Notes under the pieces: model-generated
Told to the model about the DNA's origin: nothing
Databases searched by the model: none
Seen by the model: the letters and a program-made list of their open reading frames with translations, nothing else
Part shown: positions 14,150-27,830 of the stretch, in pieces
How positions within the stretch are numbered: the first letter of the stretch is position 1
Layout: each line of letters starts with the position of its first letter
DNA from: Octopus sinensis
Taxonomy: Eukaryota
Direction of reading: 5' to 3'
DNA length: 64,000 bases
Assembly: GCF_006345805.1 (NCBI RefSeq)
Contig: NC_043017.1
Span: forward strand, 24,738,001 to 24,802,000
Program-made: the position numbers and the translations under genes

Positions 14150-14328
14150 CAGTGGTTTTCAACCAGGGTTCCGCAAGAAGTTACAAAATTGCTAAAATCG
14201 GCAGTAATTTTTAAGTTTCCTGTGCAGATATGTGTGCATAAGACTATTAAATTATTGCACAGGGGTTCCTCGAGCCAGTGGAATGTTTCCTTGGGGTTCC
14301 GCTCCAGCAAAAAGTTTGAAAAGCACTG
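14150..14328. mobile_element. hAT-type MITE inserted in a SINE-B
   Basis: TIRs cagtggttttcaa / ttgaaaagcactg; 8-bp TSD gtttagcc/gtttagtc. Confidence 0.8.
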
Positions 14329-15544
14329 GTTTAGTCCCTTGTGGGTAGTAAAGAAATAAATATGCTTAGAGGCATTTCATCTATCTTTACGGCCTGATTT
14401 CAAATTCCGTCGAGGTCGACTTTGCTTTCCATCCTTTCAGGGTCGATAAAATAAGTAACAGTTGCTGGTGTCGGCGTAATTGACTTAGCCACTGGCCTTG
14501 TGCCAAAATTTGAAACCGATATCTTACACCATGTAGTTTTATGGCTTTTTCATAACACGAGTTAGTCACGACTGTTAAGCATTTGAATATAGTTTGGCTG
14601 AGCAAGAGTCAACCAGGAGCTAAACAACGACTTTTACTTAATATTTGATTGTTCGGGAATAAACTGAGAAGTCAATCAAAGCTCTTTGAAAACCAGAGGA
14701 AATTGGATGCACTCGACGGCAATATCCGTAGCATACGCTGTGGAATGACCTGATCTGGATGAGTGTCAGGATTCGGGTTTAGGATTAGGGTTAGTGTTAA
14801 GTACTAAGGTCAAGTTAGGGCTCAGAGTTAGATTTAGACGGCATGTTAAAGTGTAAATGGTTAGGTTGACCGCACGCTACAATGTAACCAAAAATTGTTT
14901 AGACAGAGTTTAAACAATAGTAGTGATATCTAGCATGGACAAAAGAGAGACAGAAACTATTATGAGTTGTTCGATCAACTAATACCTTTTTTATTTTTAG
15001 CTTTTAACACAACTAAAATTTGTACTTACCAATTGCTAGGATCATCTCAAATGATCGAAATATTTCAACTCGTTATGTTACATATATGACACTCCTACAC
15101 TAACCGAACAGTAGCCCCCAGCATTTTATCTCTAAGCCATAGTGATTAACAAAAGACGTGAAGTCGAATCGAAACTGGGCCGCAGGCTCGTGTGGCTACG
15201 TTAAATTGTTTCAAACTCTCATAATAAATTTGCTGTTTTTGCATTATTTTATTCAAACGTGACAAAGATTGTTGTTGCAAACTTGCTTTTTTTTTTATTT
15301 AGCAGAGCAAAAATTAATGTTTTAAAAAAGTACTTCGGTTCTTGATTGGGGTTCATTGTCTTCGACATGGCCAACCCTAACTAACCGATTCCTGCCAGTA
15401 TTTCTGTACGAGCTGTGCGGTCTTTGAAATATCTTATGTGAATGGCTGTACGATTTAGAGAGAGTATTTTACCGTTTATTATTAGGGAGGAGAAATTTTA
15501 ATGAAAAATGGAAATATTAAGACCCATTTCATTCAACATGAGAC

Positions 15545-15940
15545 AACATACACATACAGATGCGCCCACACGTACACACAGATACATAGACACAACTACA
15601 TACAAATACACACATAGATATAAACACAAACACGTATACACAACTACAACCACACACACGCACACTCAGATAGATATACACTAACACATATAAAGAAATA
15701 CAGACACAGATACACATACACATAGACACAACTACATACAAATACACACATAGATATAAACACAAACACGTACACACAACTACAACCACACACACTCAGA
15801 TAGATATACACTAACACATATATAGAAATACAGACACACACACACAGATAGATATACACTAACACATATATAGAAATACAGACACACACACACACAGATA
15901 CACATACACATATAAAGAAATACACACACACACTCACATA
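15545..15940. repeat. AC-rich degenerate tandem repeat
   Basis: Repeated catagacacaactacatacaaatacacacatag and agatatacactaacacatat blocks. Confidence 0.85.
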
Positions 15941-16454
15941 CGGTATGGAGAAACTAAGCGATATTGTAATATTTCTAAAACGAGGCTAATGTATTGGACT
16001 TTAAAAAATAAATAAATAAGGCGCGTATTGAGGTTGGGGGATGGATCAACGGAAGAAACAAACGCAAACAATTATGGATTTGCGGAAATCAAAGCATATA
16101 GATGTATATTCTCTGTTGTTTACTGGGAATATTACCATCATCTGATTTTTAAATATCATTTTTGTCAACTCAAGTCATCACCATCGAATGATTTTACTCC
16201 ATTTTTACTTGCATTTGTATCTTTATAATTTTAATGTCTCATAATTAATACCGATGACTGTATCTACGTTATTAATCACCACCACCACATCAATCTTCTG
16301 CCAATCTCTCATGACTACTGTATACATGAATACCAAATAGATCTCGAAACACTGCGCAAATTCTCAGGTATGTACTATAAAGCCCCCCACCAGCTAAAAA
16401 TTCTCGTATTTTTACCCTATTTTGTATTTTATTTCGTTTGATTGATTTACTGGT

Positions 16455-16576
16455 ATTTTGCGGGTCCTTGCGATGTGGCATTTGAAATCTCGCGGAATCC
16501 AGTCGACAAACCGATTTCGATTCCCATTTGAAACCGTTTCGCATTTATGCGTTACTCATCCAGTTTTATAGTAAGT
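16455..16576 (+). promoter_or_regulatory. Candidate CpG-rich promoter and first non-coding exon (possibly of the FLASH-like gene)
   Basis: CpG-rich unique DNA; two CATTTGAAA motifs (CHR-like TTTGAA); TCTCGCGG; gtaagt donor at 16571. Confidence 0.35.
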
Positions 16577-19500
16577 AAACCAATGCATCGAACCCAACCA
16601 ACAAAATTATTACCATTGAATCAAAATAAAAAACAGGCCGAGTTCAAAGTAAAACCCTTATGTAAACAATAATCATTGGTACATAATGTTATGCGGAACT
16701 GAAGTTGAACCATTAAAAGCTATACTGAATGAAGTAAGGTGTCCGGTTGTGTCTGGTTGAAATCATTTCTTTCCATTTACGTCACCGATATCTTTTGGAA
16801 AGACTTGCGACTTCGCAACATGCTGACTCCATTCAAGGACACGAGCTAATGAGACAGTCACCATGTAATTAATTAATAATTTCCCTGAAAACCACACTTT
16901 TTTTTTAGACAACGTATACGTGGATGTACGAAATAGACGTTGATAACTATGGCTGGAATATCGTTGATTACTCGACCAGGGTTAAGTTGGAGCTAAACGA
17001 TAATTCATCAAGGACGCTATCAGAAGCAATTGATTATGTTCTTTAAAATATTTTACTGTAACTTTTGGTCATTTCTGCGGTCTTCATAACACAAAGGGGA
17101 CCTAACTATAAAGATTAGCAGTCGTCTCTTATTGCATGATAGAAAGCATTCGCTATGAAAGAGCGCGCTAAATCTAAAACTACACTCTATTTTTTTAGTT
17201 TAGCTGTGTGGGATTATAGATATCTTAGAATATTTACAAACATATATACCACACACACACACAATAAAGTAATATTAGTGGAGAGACAAAAAAGGACGAG
17301 GGGCAGAATGGTTCGTTTTTGTGATCGTTTAACACAATCGTTTTTATTTGATTTTAGTGTAAAACTTACTACTGAGACAGGCTCAGTGAAATAATCTTCC
17401 CAGCCTGTTTATTATGATCTGTAGCATACATACTTAATGTTTACACTATGCTAGGCCAGTTTCTAATTCCGTCTCTCTGATATTTATTATGTTTATAATT
17501 AAGCAGGTCTATAAAAGATGTTATTATCTCTAGATAAATGCAAGACTTATAGTCAGTGTATATACATGAAATATACACAGATGGCTTTGTTATTACTCTT
17601 TTACTTGTTTCAGTCATTTGGGTGCGGCCATGCTGGAGCACCGCCTTTAGTCGAGCAAATCGACCCCAGGACTTATTCTTTGTAAGCCTAGTACTTATTC
17701 TATCGGTCTCTTTTGCCGAACCGCTAAGTGACGGGGACGTAAACACACCAGCATCGGTTGTCAAGCAATGGTGGGGGGGACAAACATAGACACACACATA
17801 CATATATACGACAGGCTTCTTTCAGTTTCCGTCTACCAAATCCACTCACAAGGCATTGGTCGGCCTGAGGCTATAGCAGAAGACACTTGCCCTAGGTGCC
17901 ACGCAGTGGGACTGAACCCGGAAGCTACTTACAACAGGGCCACTCCTGCGCCTATTGTGAAATAAGCATTGCAGTGAGTCGCATAAATCAGTTTCCAACC
18001 ATTTCTTTTTATTTATAGATGTCTTTGATTACTATTTTATTGTGGTGGACCCCATAGCCATTCGGTATTGAAAAACTTGTTTTATAGAAACTTCTTTTAT
18101 AATTTCTATTTTGTTTTTCACACATTGTGTAGGGTGAACTAGGTAAAATGTTGGAGAAAGGAACCTAGTTGTTCCTTGCAACACATCTAAAGCAACGTTT
18201 TTTTCAGGAACCATTAAAATACATTTGTGGATCCCCAATTTATGATTTTTGTTACGTGAACCCCCGCAAAAATTTATATCGAATCCGGGTGAGAATCACT
18301 AGTGTAAAATGCCTTACAATCTCAGCAGATAAAATGGCGCGGTAGAAGAGCCTTAGATTCAAAAAGAAACCTGTCAGAGTGAACTTGTGGTGTGATCCAT
18401 CACCTGCCTAGTGACAGAGCCCGATTCTGTGGCAGAGTTCACCAAGTTGCCAATGGAGACGGTAACACAGCATGTCGCACCCCGGGTGGAAGAGAAAATT
18501 GCGATGTCGTCCAGTCTTTTCTCATCCTGCCTGTTAGAAACATATTTGATAATATCAATGGTTAGTGAGATTATTTCACGGAGGATCTTGTTTTCATAAG
18601 TTCTAAACTAAAGTCAGATAAAAACGATTTCGTTCGAGGCATACAAATACCAGCTGTACATTATAAAGCCTGGAACTTATTCTGTCGGATGTTGTTTTTG
18701 CCTAACTGCTAAATTATAGGGATGTAAACAAACCAACACCCGTTGTCAAGCGGTGGTGAGGGACAAGCATACACACACATGTATGTATGTACGACGGGCT
18801 TCTTTCAGTTACTATCAGTTCCACCCACAAGGCTTTGAACGGCCTGAGGCGATAGTAGAATAATCTTGCTCTAGGGACTATGCAGAATATTTTAAAATTA
18901 AAATACAATATTTTTTTATTTAATAAAATTAAGCCAGTGGAGGATAGCTTGTACATTTCTGTGCACCAAATTTGACTCGCGGGTCGCCTATGTTTGCAAC
19001 TGCTAATTTAGCAGCTATTTTGTCGGTTCGCAACAGAATTCATGTCTCAACATGGTACAGAAACACTTTTTCCAAATTTGTCTCTGTTAATTTCAACCAT
19101 TCGTCGTCATTTAATGTTCACTTTTCCACGTTTGTGTGGGGTCAGATGGAATTTGTTGCAGCAAATTTCTCTTCAGCCAGATGTCCTTCTTGTTGCCAAC
19201 CCTCACCTATTTCCAAGTAAGATAATATTTACCGATGACCAGACATGTCTTCATGGAAGATTGGAAACAAGGGACATACATTGCAAGATACTCTCTCTCT
19301 TTACTCTTTTACTTGTTTCAGTCATTTGACTGCGGCCATGCTGGAGCACCGCCTTTAGTCGAGCAAATCGACCCCGGGACTTATTCTTTGTAAGCCCAGT
19401 ACTTATTCTATCGGTCTCTTTTGCCGAACCGCTAAGTGACGGGGACATAAACACACCAGCATCGGTTGTCAAGCAATGCTAGGGGGACAAACACACACAC

Positions 19501-20000
19501 AAATATATATATATATATACATATATACGACAGGCTTCTTTCAGTCTCCGTCTACCAAATCCACTCACAAGGCATTGGTCGGCCCGGGGCTAGAGCAGAA
19601 GACACGTGCCCAAGATGCCACGCAGTGGGACTGAACCCGGAACCATGTGGTTGGTTAGCAAGCTACTTACCACACAGCCACTCCTGCGCCTGGTGATATT
19701 TGTTTTACAAATATTACATTAAGACAAGACAGCAGTAACACAAAAACTTATATGATGGGTTTCTTGCAGTTTTGTCTACGAAATCCACTCCAAAGGTTTT
19801 AGTTGGCCTTTGGGTATAGTAGAAGGCACTTGCCCAAGGTGCCACAGCGGGCTTAAACCTGAGAGCAAATTTTACACCACACAGCTGCATCTGATTTATA
19901 TCACCATTGGATGTCCACTTCTTCATGCTTGCATGGGTGAAACAGAAATTGCTGAGGCAGATTTTTCTACAGCTGGATGCCTTAGCTGTTGGCAAGCTGT

Positions 20001-20187
20001 TTAACCCTTTCATTACCATATTTATTTTGAGACGCTCTGTGTTTCTTTCAATTATTTTAAATATAACAAAGAATTTAGTAAAATAACTTAGTTACCATTA
20101 AGCTAGTGTTAGGAACATGAAATGTGACTAAGGTTTGGTGGAAGATTTTAAAGGCGGTTTTGGCCGGGTTGGTAATGAAAGGGTTAA
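20001..20187. mobile_element. piggyBac-like MITE
   Basis: TTAA|ccctttcattacca .. tggtaatgaaaggg|TTAA; a related copy lies at 52973-53200. Confidence 0.8.
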
Positions 20188-20388
20188 TATTTCCTCTATG
20201 ATCAGACATGTTTTCACAGAAGGCTGAAAACAATCTCGTTTGTATGATGATGATGATGATGCTCATTAAACAACTATCATGTGACATCCAGACACAGCTA
20301 CACAGCCATGTGTGCAAACACACAAGCAAATACACTCATATATATATTTATATATATGTATACACATATTTGTATATATATACTTATA

Positions 20389-20419
<31 letters not shown>

Positions 20420-21790
20420 ATATTCTTTTACTTGTTTCAGTCATTTTGATTGTGGCCATGCTGGAGCACTGCCTTTTAGTTGAAGAAACCGACCCAGGAC
20501 TTATTCTTTGTAAGCCTAATACTTATTCTATTGGTCTCTTTTGAAGAACAATATGGTTACATATGTATAAATATATATATATATAATATATATATATATG
20601 TACTTATATATATATATATAAGTATATATATTTATAATTATATATATTTATGTGTGTGTGTGTATGTATACATACATGATGTGTGTGTGTGAGTACATAT
20701 ATATCTTGTCAATTCAATGAACGAACAATCAAAATGAAATGAATACACAATAAACATGAGTACATGCACCAGACATTAGTTTGACATTTGGTGAAAGGAG
20801 AGAGTTTTTAATGTTTCAAGCATGGCTTGTCGGGAAGAAGGGAGAAGTCCAAACAAAAACAAAGGAAAATCACCAATGGGCCACATGTGGTTACATTTCT
20901 GAAGTGACCAGAATGGAAGGAGATAGAGAAAGTGGGTATGTATGTATGTATATACTCTTACTCTTTTACCCATTTCAGTCATTTGACTGCGGCCATGCTG
21001 GAGCACCGCCTTTAATCGAGCAACTCGACCCTGGGACTTATTCTTTGTAAGCCCAGTACTTATTTTATTGGTCTCTTCTGCCGAACCGCTAAGTAATGGG
21101 GACATAAACACATCAGCATCGGTTGTCAAGCAATGCTAGGGGTACAAGCACAGACACACAAACACACACACATATATATATATATATATACGACGAGCTT
21201 CTTTCAGTTTCCGTCTACCAAATCCACTCACAAGGCTTTGGTCGGCCCGAGGCTATAGTAAAAGACACCAGCCCAAGGTGCCACGCAGTGGGACTGAACA
21301 CACAACCATGTGGTTGGTAAACAAGCTACTTACCACACAGCCACACCTATATATATATATACTAGCTGAAGGTGACCCGCTCTACGCGCGGGTAAGAGTG
21401 TGGTTGTTACTTTCTGTTGCTTCCTTTCAGCACGTAAAAAGCACCGTCCGAACGTGGCGGAATGCAGCGCCGCCTTGACTGGCTTCTGTGCTGGTGGCAC
21501 GTAAAAAGCACCAACTGATCATGGCTGCTGCCAGCCCCCTTGGCACCTGTGCCGGCGGCACGAAAAAGCACCCACTACTCTCACAGAGTGGTTGGCGTTA
21601 GGAAGGGCATCCACCTGTAGAAACACTGCCAGATCAGACTGAAGCATGGTGCAGCCTTCTGGCTTCCCAGATCCCCGGTCGAACTGTCCAACCCATGCTA
21701 GCATGGAGAACGGACGTTAAACGATGATGATGATGATATATATATGTGTGTATGTATGTGTATATATATATAATTATATATGTGTGTGTG

Positions 21791-21831
<41 letters not shown>

Positions 21832-21871
21832 ATGTATATTATATATATATATATGTATATAATATCTATAT

Positions 21872-24240
21872 ATGTATATACATGGTGCAAAAAATTGTGC
21901 AGCAGCTGTCCTGGCTATACCAAGCACAAATAAAGAATCTTGCCCACCACTGTGCAAGACTACCACAGTCAACAGACATGGGATGGCCTCCCCTAATGCC
22001 TGCACAGTTGTCACACCAATACTTTTACTAAATATTGGGGGCCTGTTGCATCATGATGAAAGCAAAATTTCTTTCGTGAGAGATCTTGCTGTATGCAATC
22101 AAGCCCTATGCATAGCACTCGTGGAAACTCACCTCAGCCCTGATATAGAGGATGCAGAAGTACACATACCAAACTATGCCATACTGCGAACAGACAGAAG
22201 GGAAAGGAACCATGGTGGAGTTGCTGTATACATCCGTGGCGACCTCACACCCCAGGTCTTACTGTCATACTCAAATTCGATATGTGACACTCTAATTGTA
22301 AAGGCAAGACAACATAATATGGTAATATGCCATACATATTGCCCACTGGATGCACCAAACCACATAGGCAAGTTTGAAGATTGCCTCACAGGAATTAAAG
22401 AAATTCTCATAAAACTGGAACACCACGTGACCATATTTCTTATGGGTGACTTCAGCTTATCCAACGTCAAATGGTCCGAAGATCTCGTACTCTCAGGAAT
22501 GACTCATTGCAAGCAAGCACAGGTGGAGTCCCTGCTCAACCTCACCAATGTCCTATTCATGGAGCAAGCTGTACTCAAACCAACTAGGGTGAATAACATT
22601 TTGGATCTCTGCTTCACGAACAATATGGACATCATTCATGATGTGAAAGTGACACCGACATTAGTCTCGGATCACAAAATAATAGAACTGTCTATGTTTG
22701 GGCTGAAAGTACCCAGAGACATACAGCCTAAAGGAAGCACCCGAAATCTCTCCAATCTGAACTTCCAGAAAGCAGATTAGAAATCGATCCAAAAAGCGAT
22801 CCTCAGAGAGGACTGGCTGAAATGTCTCTCCACACCAGACATTGACATGAAACGAGAATGTTTTATTTCTATTGTGCAAGCCATATACCAGAAATATGTC
22901 CCAGAGCACAAGGCCAAAACAAATAGGAACAAGATTCCAAGGGAGAGGAAGATCCTCATGAGACGATGGATGAAGGTTGCAAATCGGCTCAACCAACATC
23001 CCAAAAGTGGCAAAAGGGCCCACTTAAAAACAACACTGATGGCGATTGAAAAATAGGCTGCAACAATCCTATGTGAGGAAGAAAGCAGACAAAGAAGCTT
23101 GGGTTATAAAAAACATTAAGTCAAACCCAAAGGCCTTCTTTCATTACGCGAAAGAAACAGCCTCAGTATGCTGCAAAATAGGACTCCTCTTCCAGAAGCA
23201 TGGCTCCCTTACAGACAGTCCAATGATGATCAGTGAGGAACTGAATGACCAGTTCAAAAGTGTTTTTACCACTCCGTTGGAACACAGACAAGTGAATGAA
23301 TCAGTGGACTTTTTTGCCACCTCACCTATAACCAGCAACATAGTTACAATGGAATACATCGACATTAGCGAAGAAGATGCAAACTCAGCTGCTGATCCTA
23401 ATGGTTTCCCAGCAATCCTCCTCAAATCGTGTAAGTATGCCCTGGCAAAACCCCTCCAGATTCTCTTCCAGAGCTTTCTTACAAATGGCAAACTGCCAAG
23501 CAAGCTGAAGAAGGGAATAATATGCCCAATACATAAAGGAGTAAGCAGAGCAGATGCCAAAAACTATAGGCTTATCTCTCTGACTTCACACATCAGCAAA
23601 GTCATGGAATAGATAGTCAGAGGGAAACTAATTGCAATCCTTGAAGAAAATAACTTGCCGAGTGATACCCAACATGACTTTCGACCAGGTAGCAGCTGCC
23701 TCACCCAGCTCTTACAACATTATGACTGGGTGTTGAGGCAGTTACTCAAGAACTCGAATGTGGATGTAATATACCTTGATTTTGCAAAAGCTTTTGACAA
23801 AGTAGATCATGGTATGATATGCCACAAACTGCGTGATCTCAGCATAGCTGGAAAACTTGGAGAGTGGTTACATGACTTTCTGAAAGATAGAACTCAGGCA
23901 GTTGTGGCTAATGGAGCCACCTCTATGAAAACATAAATAGTGAGCGGTGTTCCACAGGGCACTGTCTTGGAACCACTGCTGTTTATAGTGGCTCTCTCAG
24001 ATATGCCCGGATAGCCATCCTTACAATCTATGCAGACAATACAAAAGTCTCGTAGAAAATACAGAACCCCAGTGATGTTGCACATCTGCAGCAGGAGTTG
24101 AACTCAATTTACAGATGGGCTAAGGATAATAGTATGCAGTTTAATGCTGAAAAATTCCAAGCGCTGCGCTACCAGCGTCCAAAACTGAATATGAAACTTA
24201 CAGGGTACACTGGTCCACAGGGAATTTCAATCCCAGAGCC
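21872..24240 (+). mobile_element. CR1-group LINE ORF2 relic (APE endonuclease and RT), frameshifted
   Basis: VETHL, GGVAVY, MGDFS, ILDLCF and SDHK (APE); NYRLISLT, YLDFAKAFDKVDH, SGVPQGTVL and YADNTK (RT). Confidence 0.9.
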
Positions 24241-24643
24241 TAAATATATATATATATATTTATTTATTTCCGTGGGAATTATTGGTTGGCAAGCCAACCA
24301 ACTATGGGATAGTACCTAGCCAATATGCTGCTGGTAGTGTACCCAATTATTAATACCCAATAGCTGGTTATTGCGTGGCAATTTTGCAGTTGGGCGTCAT
24401 ATATGGGTGGGTGTACAAAGTGGTTTACCCTTAATTTATAAGGCAAAAATATAAATTTAATTATATTTTAATTTAATTATAATTTATAAAGCAAAAAAGA
24501 AAATGGAGAGGATATAAAATTGACATACATTAGCCGGTAGACATTCTATTGTGTCTATTTATTCTAAAACATAAGGAAGTATTATAAGAATACATACACA
24601 TGCAAAGACTGTGTGCTGCACAAATATATACTAGTAATACATA

Positions 24644-25031
24644 GTGGAGGCGCAATGGCCCAGTGGTTAGGGCAGCAGACTCGCGGTCATAGGATCATGG
24701 TTTCGATTCCCAGATCGGGTGTTATGAGTGTTTATTGAGCGAAAACACCTAAAAGCTCCACGAGGCTCCGACAGGGGATAGTGGTGATCCCTGCTGTACT
24801 CTTTCACCACAACTTTCTCTCACTCTTACTTCCTGTTTCTGTTGTACCTGTATTTCAAGGGGCCGGCCTTGTTACTCTCTGTGTCATGCTAAATATCCCC
24901 GAGGACTACGTTAAGGGTGCATGTGTCTGTGGAGTGCTCAGCCACTTACACGTTAATTTCACAAGCAGGCTGTTCCGTTGATTCGGATCAACCGGAACCC
25001 TCATCGTCGTTACCGACGGAGTGCTTCTCTC
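24644..25031 (+). mobile_element. tRNA-derived SINE family C with an 11-bp target-site duplication
   Basis: tggcccagtggttagggcagc head and GTTTCGATTCC B box; flanked by agtaatacata at 24633 and 25032. Related copies at 31167-31440(+) and about 62860-63010(-). Confidence 0.82.
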
Positions 25032-25327
25032 AGTAATACATAAAAGAGTAAAAGATCACTTCCTTACGGGCGTTTCTGCCACGAGGCCACGATATCCTCC
25101 ATCTCTTCAATGTTCTGTAGGGATGGGTAGATAGAGGCTTCTCCAGAGGGTCTAAAGGGTTAGGAGAGCTGATACATATAAGAGTGAGTTACCAAGTTCT
25201 GCTCCTATTCTTCTTATGCCCTCTTCAATAAGAAAAATATGCTGTGCAAGTGTCTTCTGCTATAGCCCCGGGCTGACCAATGCCTTGTGAGTGGATTTGG
25301 AAGACAGAAACTGAAAGAAGCCTGTCG

Positions 25328-25358
<31 letters not shown>

Positions 25359-25756
25359 GTGTTTGTGTGTCTGGCCCCCTAGCATTGCTTGACAACCGAT
25401 GCTGGTGTGTTTACGTCCCCATCACTTAGCGGTTCGGCAAAAAGACCGATAGAATAAGTACTGGACTTACAAAGAATAAGTCCCGGGGTCGATTTGCTCG
25501 ACTAAAGGCGGCGGTGCTCCAGCATGGCCGCAGTCAAAATGACTGAAACAAGTAAAAGAGTAAAAGAGTGTGACAAAATTTGAAAGCATTATTGCTGTGA
25601 AGTGCATACATGTATGTATAAACAGTTGTGTAGCAGTATACTATGTGTATGTGTGTGTTATATGAAGCTAAGGTTGCTTCTGTTTGATGGGTTTTTATCC
25701 TTTTGTTAACGATGTTGCTTCAATTTGTCATTGCAGTCCATAGCTGACATGCAAAG

Positions 25757-25861
25757 ATGAGTGTATCAGACTTCATTGATCGACAAACTACTGGTGACCT
25801 TGACCTTTATGATGACATCCTCGAGGAAGACTTTGCATGTGAGAAGGAATCTCTTGCTGAG
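25757..25861 (+). CDS. CASP8AP2: FLASH/CASP8AP2-like protein, first coding exon (MSVSDFIDRQTTGDLDLYDDILEEDFACEKESLAE)
   Basis: ttgcag acceptor ends at 25736; ATG at 25757 with an in-frame upstream TGA; LDLYDDILEE resembles the FLASH LDLYEEILTEE motif; GAG|gtaggt donor, phase 0. Missed by the ORF track. Confidence 0.85.
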
Positions 25862-26634
25862 GTAGGTGGAAACACAAATATTTATTCCTCCTTCTAGAAG
25901 TGTTAGTACCCCTTAAAATCAGGACCGAAAAATTAGATACATATTGTCTTATTCACTTACTCCAATCCCCCACTCCCTATGGATCATAGGTCATTGATGA
26001 CTTTTCTTCACTGTTCTTGACCCTCACCTGTCTGTTCTACTTCTCCTGTTGGATCCCTGCTTCAAAAGGGGAGTTGACTCTGAAGCCTTTCAGATGTTGC
26101 TGCATCATGGGGTGATGGGAAATCCTTCCTCTCCCAAGACTTGTTAGTTTTCATTTGCCGGTATAGGCCCTATGCAAACCTATTTTTACCCCCGGGGAGA
26201 AGCAGTCCATATCAGATTGGCCTTTAATCTTTGACCCTAAGAGCTTGTGCCACGGCTCTCAGGGTCATTGAAGCACATAAACCACTATACTGCAACAAGG
26301 ACTGGACCTTGTGGCAAATGCATAGTAGTACTAGATACTCCTAAAAAGACAGGATGGTCTCAGCTGGAATGTCTTTGACCATAGAAGATCTGTTATATCA
26401 AGGGGCTAACCCTAACAACTTGTGCCCCTCTGTTTTTTTCTTTTTCTTGCCCATTGTGTATGTTTACATTACATGTCCATGGTTGTGTGGTAAGAAGCTT
26501 GCTTCCCAAACACATGGCTTTGGGTTCAGTCCCACTGTGCAAAACCCCAGACTGACCAAATCCTTGTGAGAGAATTTGGTTGACAGAAACTGAAAGAAGC
26601 CACACTCTCTCTCTCTTTTATATATATGTATATA

Positions 26635-26850
26635 CTAGGGGGTGCTGAAAATTTTCTGGCTTTAAGGGGTATCATGAAAGGCCTGGTTGGAGGCCCAACC
26701 TTCTCAGTTCTTTTACAGGGCTAAGAAAAACTGAAGGACTGCTGCAATAAGTGTGTGAATCTGAGAGGGGAATATGTTAAGTAAAATCATAATCAACTGA
26801 TTCTCCTGTCTTTCCTTTCACCCAAAACCAGGAACTTTTCAGCATCCTCT
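26635..26850. mobile_element. Tc1/mariner-derived MITE
   Basis: TA-flanked TIRs gggggtgctgaaaattttctgg / ccaggaacttttcagcatcctc. Confidence 0.78.
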
Positions 26851-27639
26851 TATATATAGATACCATAACTTCTGACATATAAAGTGCACTTTTTTTCCTT
26901 GAAATTCCCTCAAAAAATCACCCTGTGACTTATATGCTGAAGGTCAGCTTTTGGGTAGTGTTATTAAGGATGGACACAACTGGTGATGATGGAGGTTAGT
27001 AATGATATTTGGTAGTGTTAAGGTAAGTATTGTAATTTAGTCTACCATGATAGCTTACCAAAGGGCATCAATCTAAATTTTCATGGTTTCTGTTCATGGA
27101 AATGTCTGAGATATTCAGCTCAGCTTGGAGATTCATGGCTAGCTGCAGATTAGGCCTGCTTAAATCGACTGGCTCCTGTGCTGGTTGGTATGTAAAAAAC
27201 ACCGTTTGAGTGTGGCTGTTGCCAGTACTGCCTGACTGGCCCTCATGCCGGTGGCATGTAAAAGCACCCACTACACTCTCAGAGTGGTTGGCGTTAGGAA
27301 GGGCATCCAGCGGTAGAAACTCTGCCAGGTGATCAAGATTGGAGCCTGGTGCAGCCATCTGGTTCGCCAGTCCTCAGTCAAATCGTCCAACCCATGCTAG
27401 CATGGGAAACGGACGTTAAACAATGATGATGATGATGTAGATATGTATATCTGTGTGTATGTATATATTTTAATATATATATACAGAGAGACAGAGAGAG
27501 AGAGAAATCCTACAAGGTGGTGCCCCAGCATGGCCTTAGTCCTGTGACTGGAATGAGTAAAAAATAAAGATACCCTAGCTAATGTCTTTGATGCCCAACC
27601 ACTTTTGAGACTCTCTAATGAAATTATTTTTTGTTTTAG

Positions 27640-27830
27640 TTGCAACAAAAATACCAGGAAGCTCTGCAGAAGATTGCTACTTTGGAAAATACTGTGAAAG
27701 AACGCACTGCGGCTATGGAGTTACTGGAAAAGAAAAACGTATACTTGCAGAAGAATATATCGATGCTGTACAAAACTGCATGCACAGAAATCAAAAGGAA
27801 AAACGATAATATTGAGTCTTTAAGAGAACA
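27640..27830 (+). CDS. CASP8AP2: FLASH/CASP8AP2-like exon 2, N-terminal coiled coil (LQQKYQEALQK...LQKNISMLYKTACTEIKRKNDNIESLRE)
   Basis: ttttag acceptor and CA|gtaagt donor, in phase with exon 1. The peptide resembles human FLASH [23 protein letters not shown] (Lsm11-binding region, recalled sequence). Confidence 0.88.

Noticed and set aside
14770-14840. Telomeric TTAGGG array
   Set aside because: Only a few degenerate units; not an interstitial telomere.
20800-20845. Possible minimal hammerhead on the minus strand (CCGACAA GCCATGCTT GAAAC)
   Set aside because: Core too mutated and no closing stems; cannot be supported.
24645-24720. tRNA gene (also at 31167 and 36341)
   Set aside because: tRNA-like heads run into SINE bodies and lack a proper acceptor stem and terminator.
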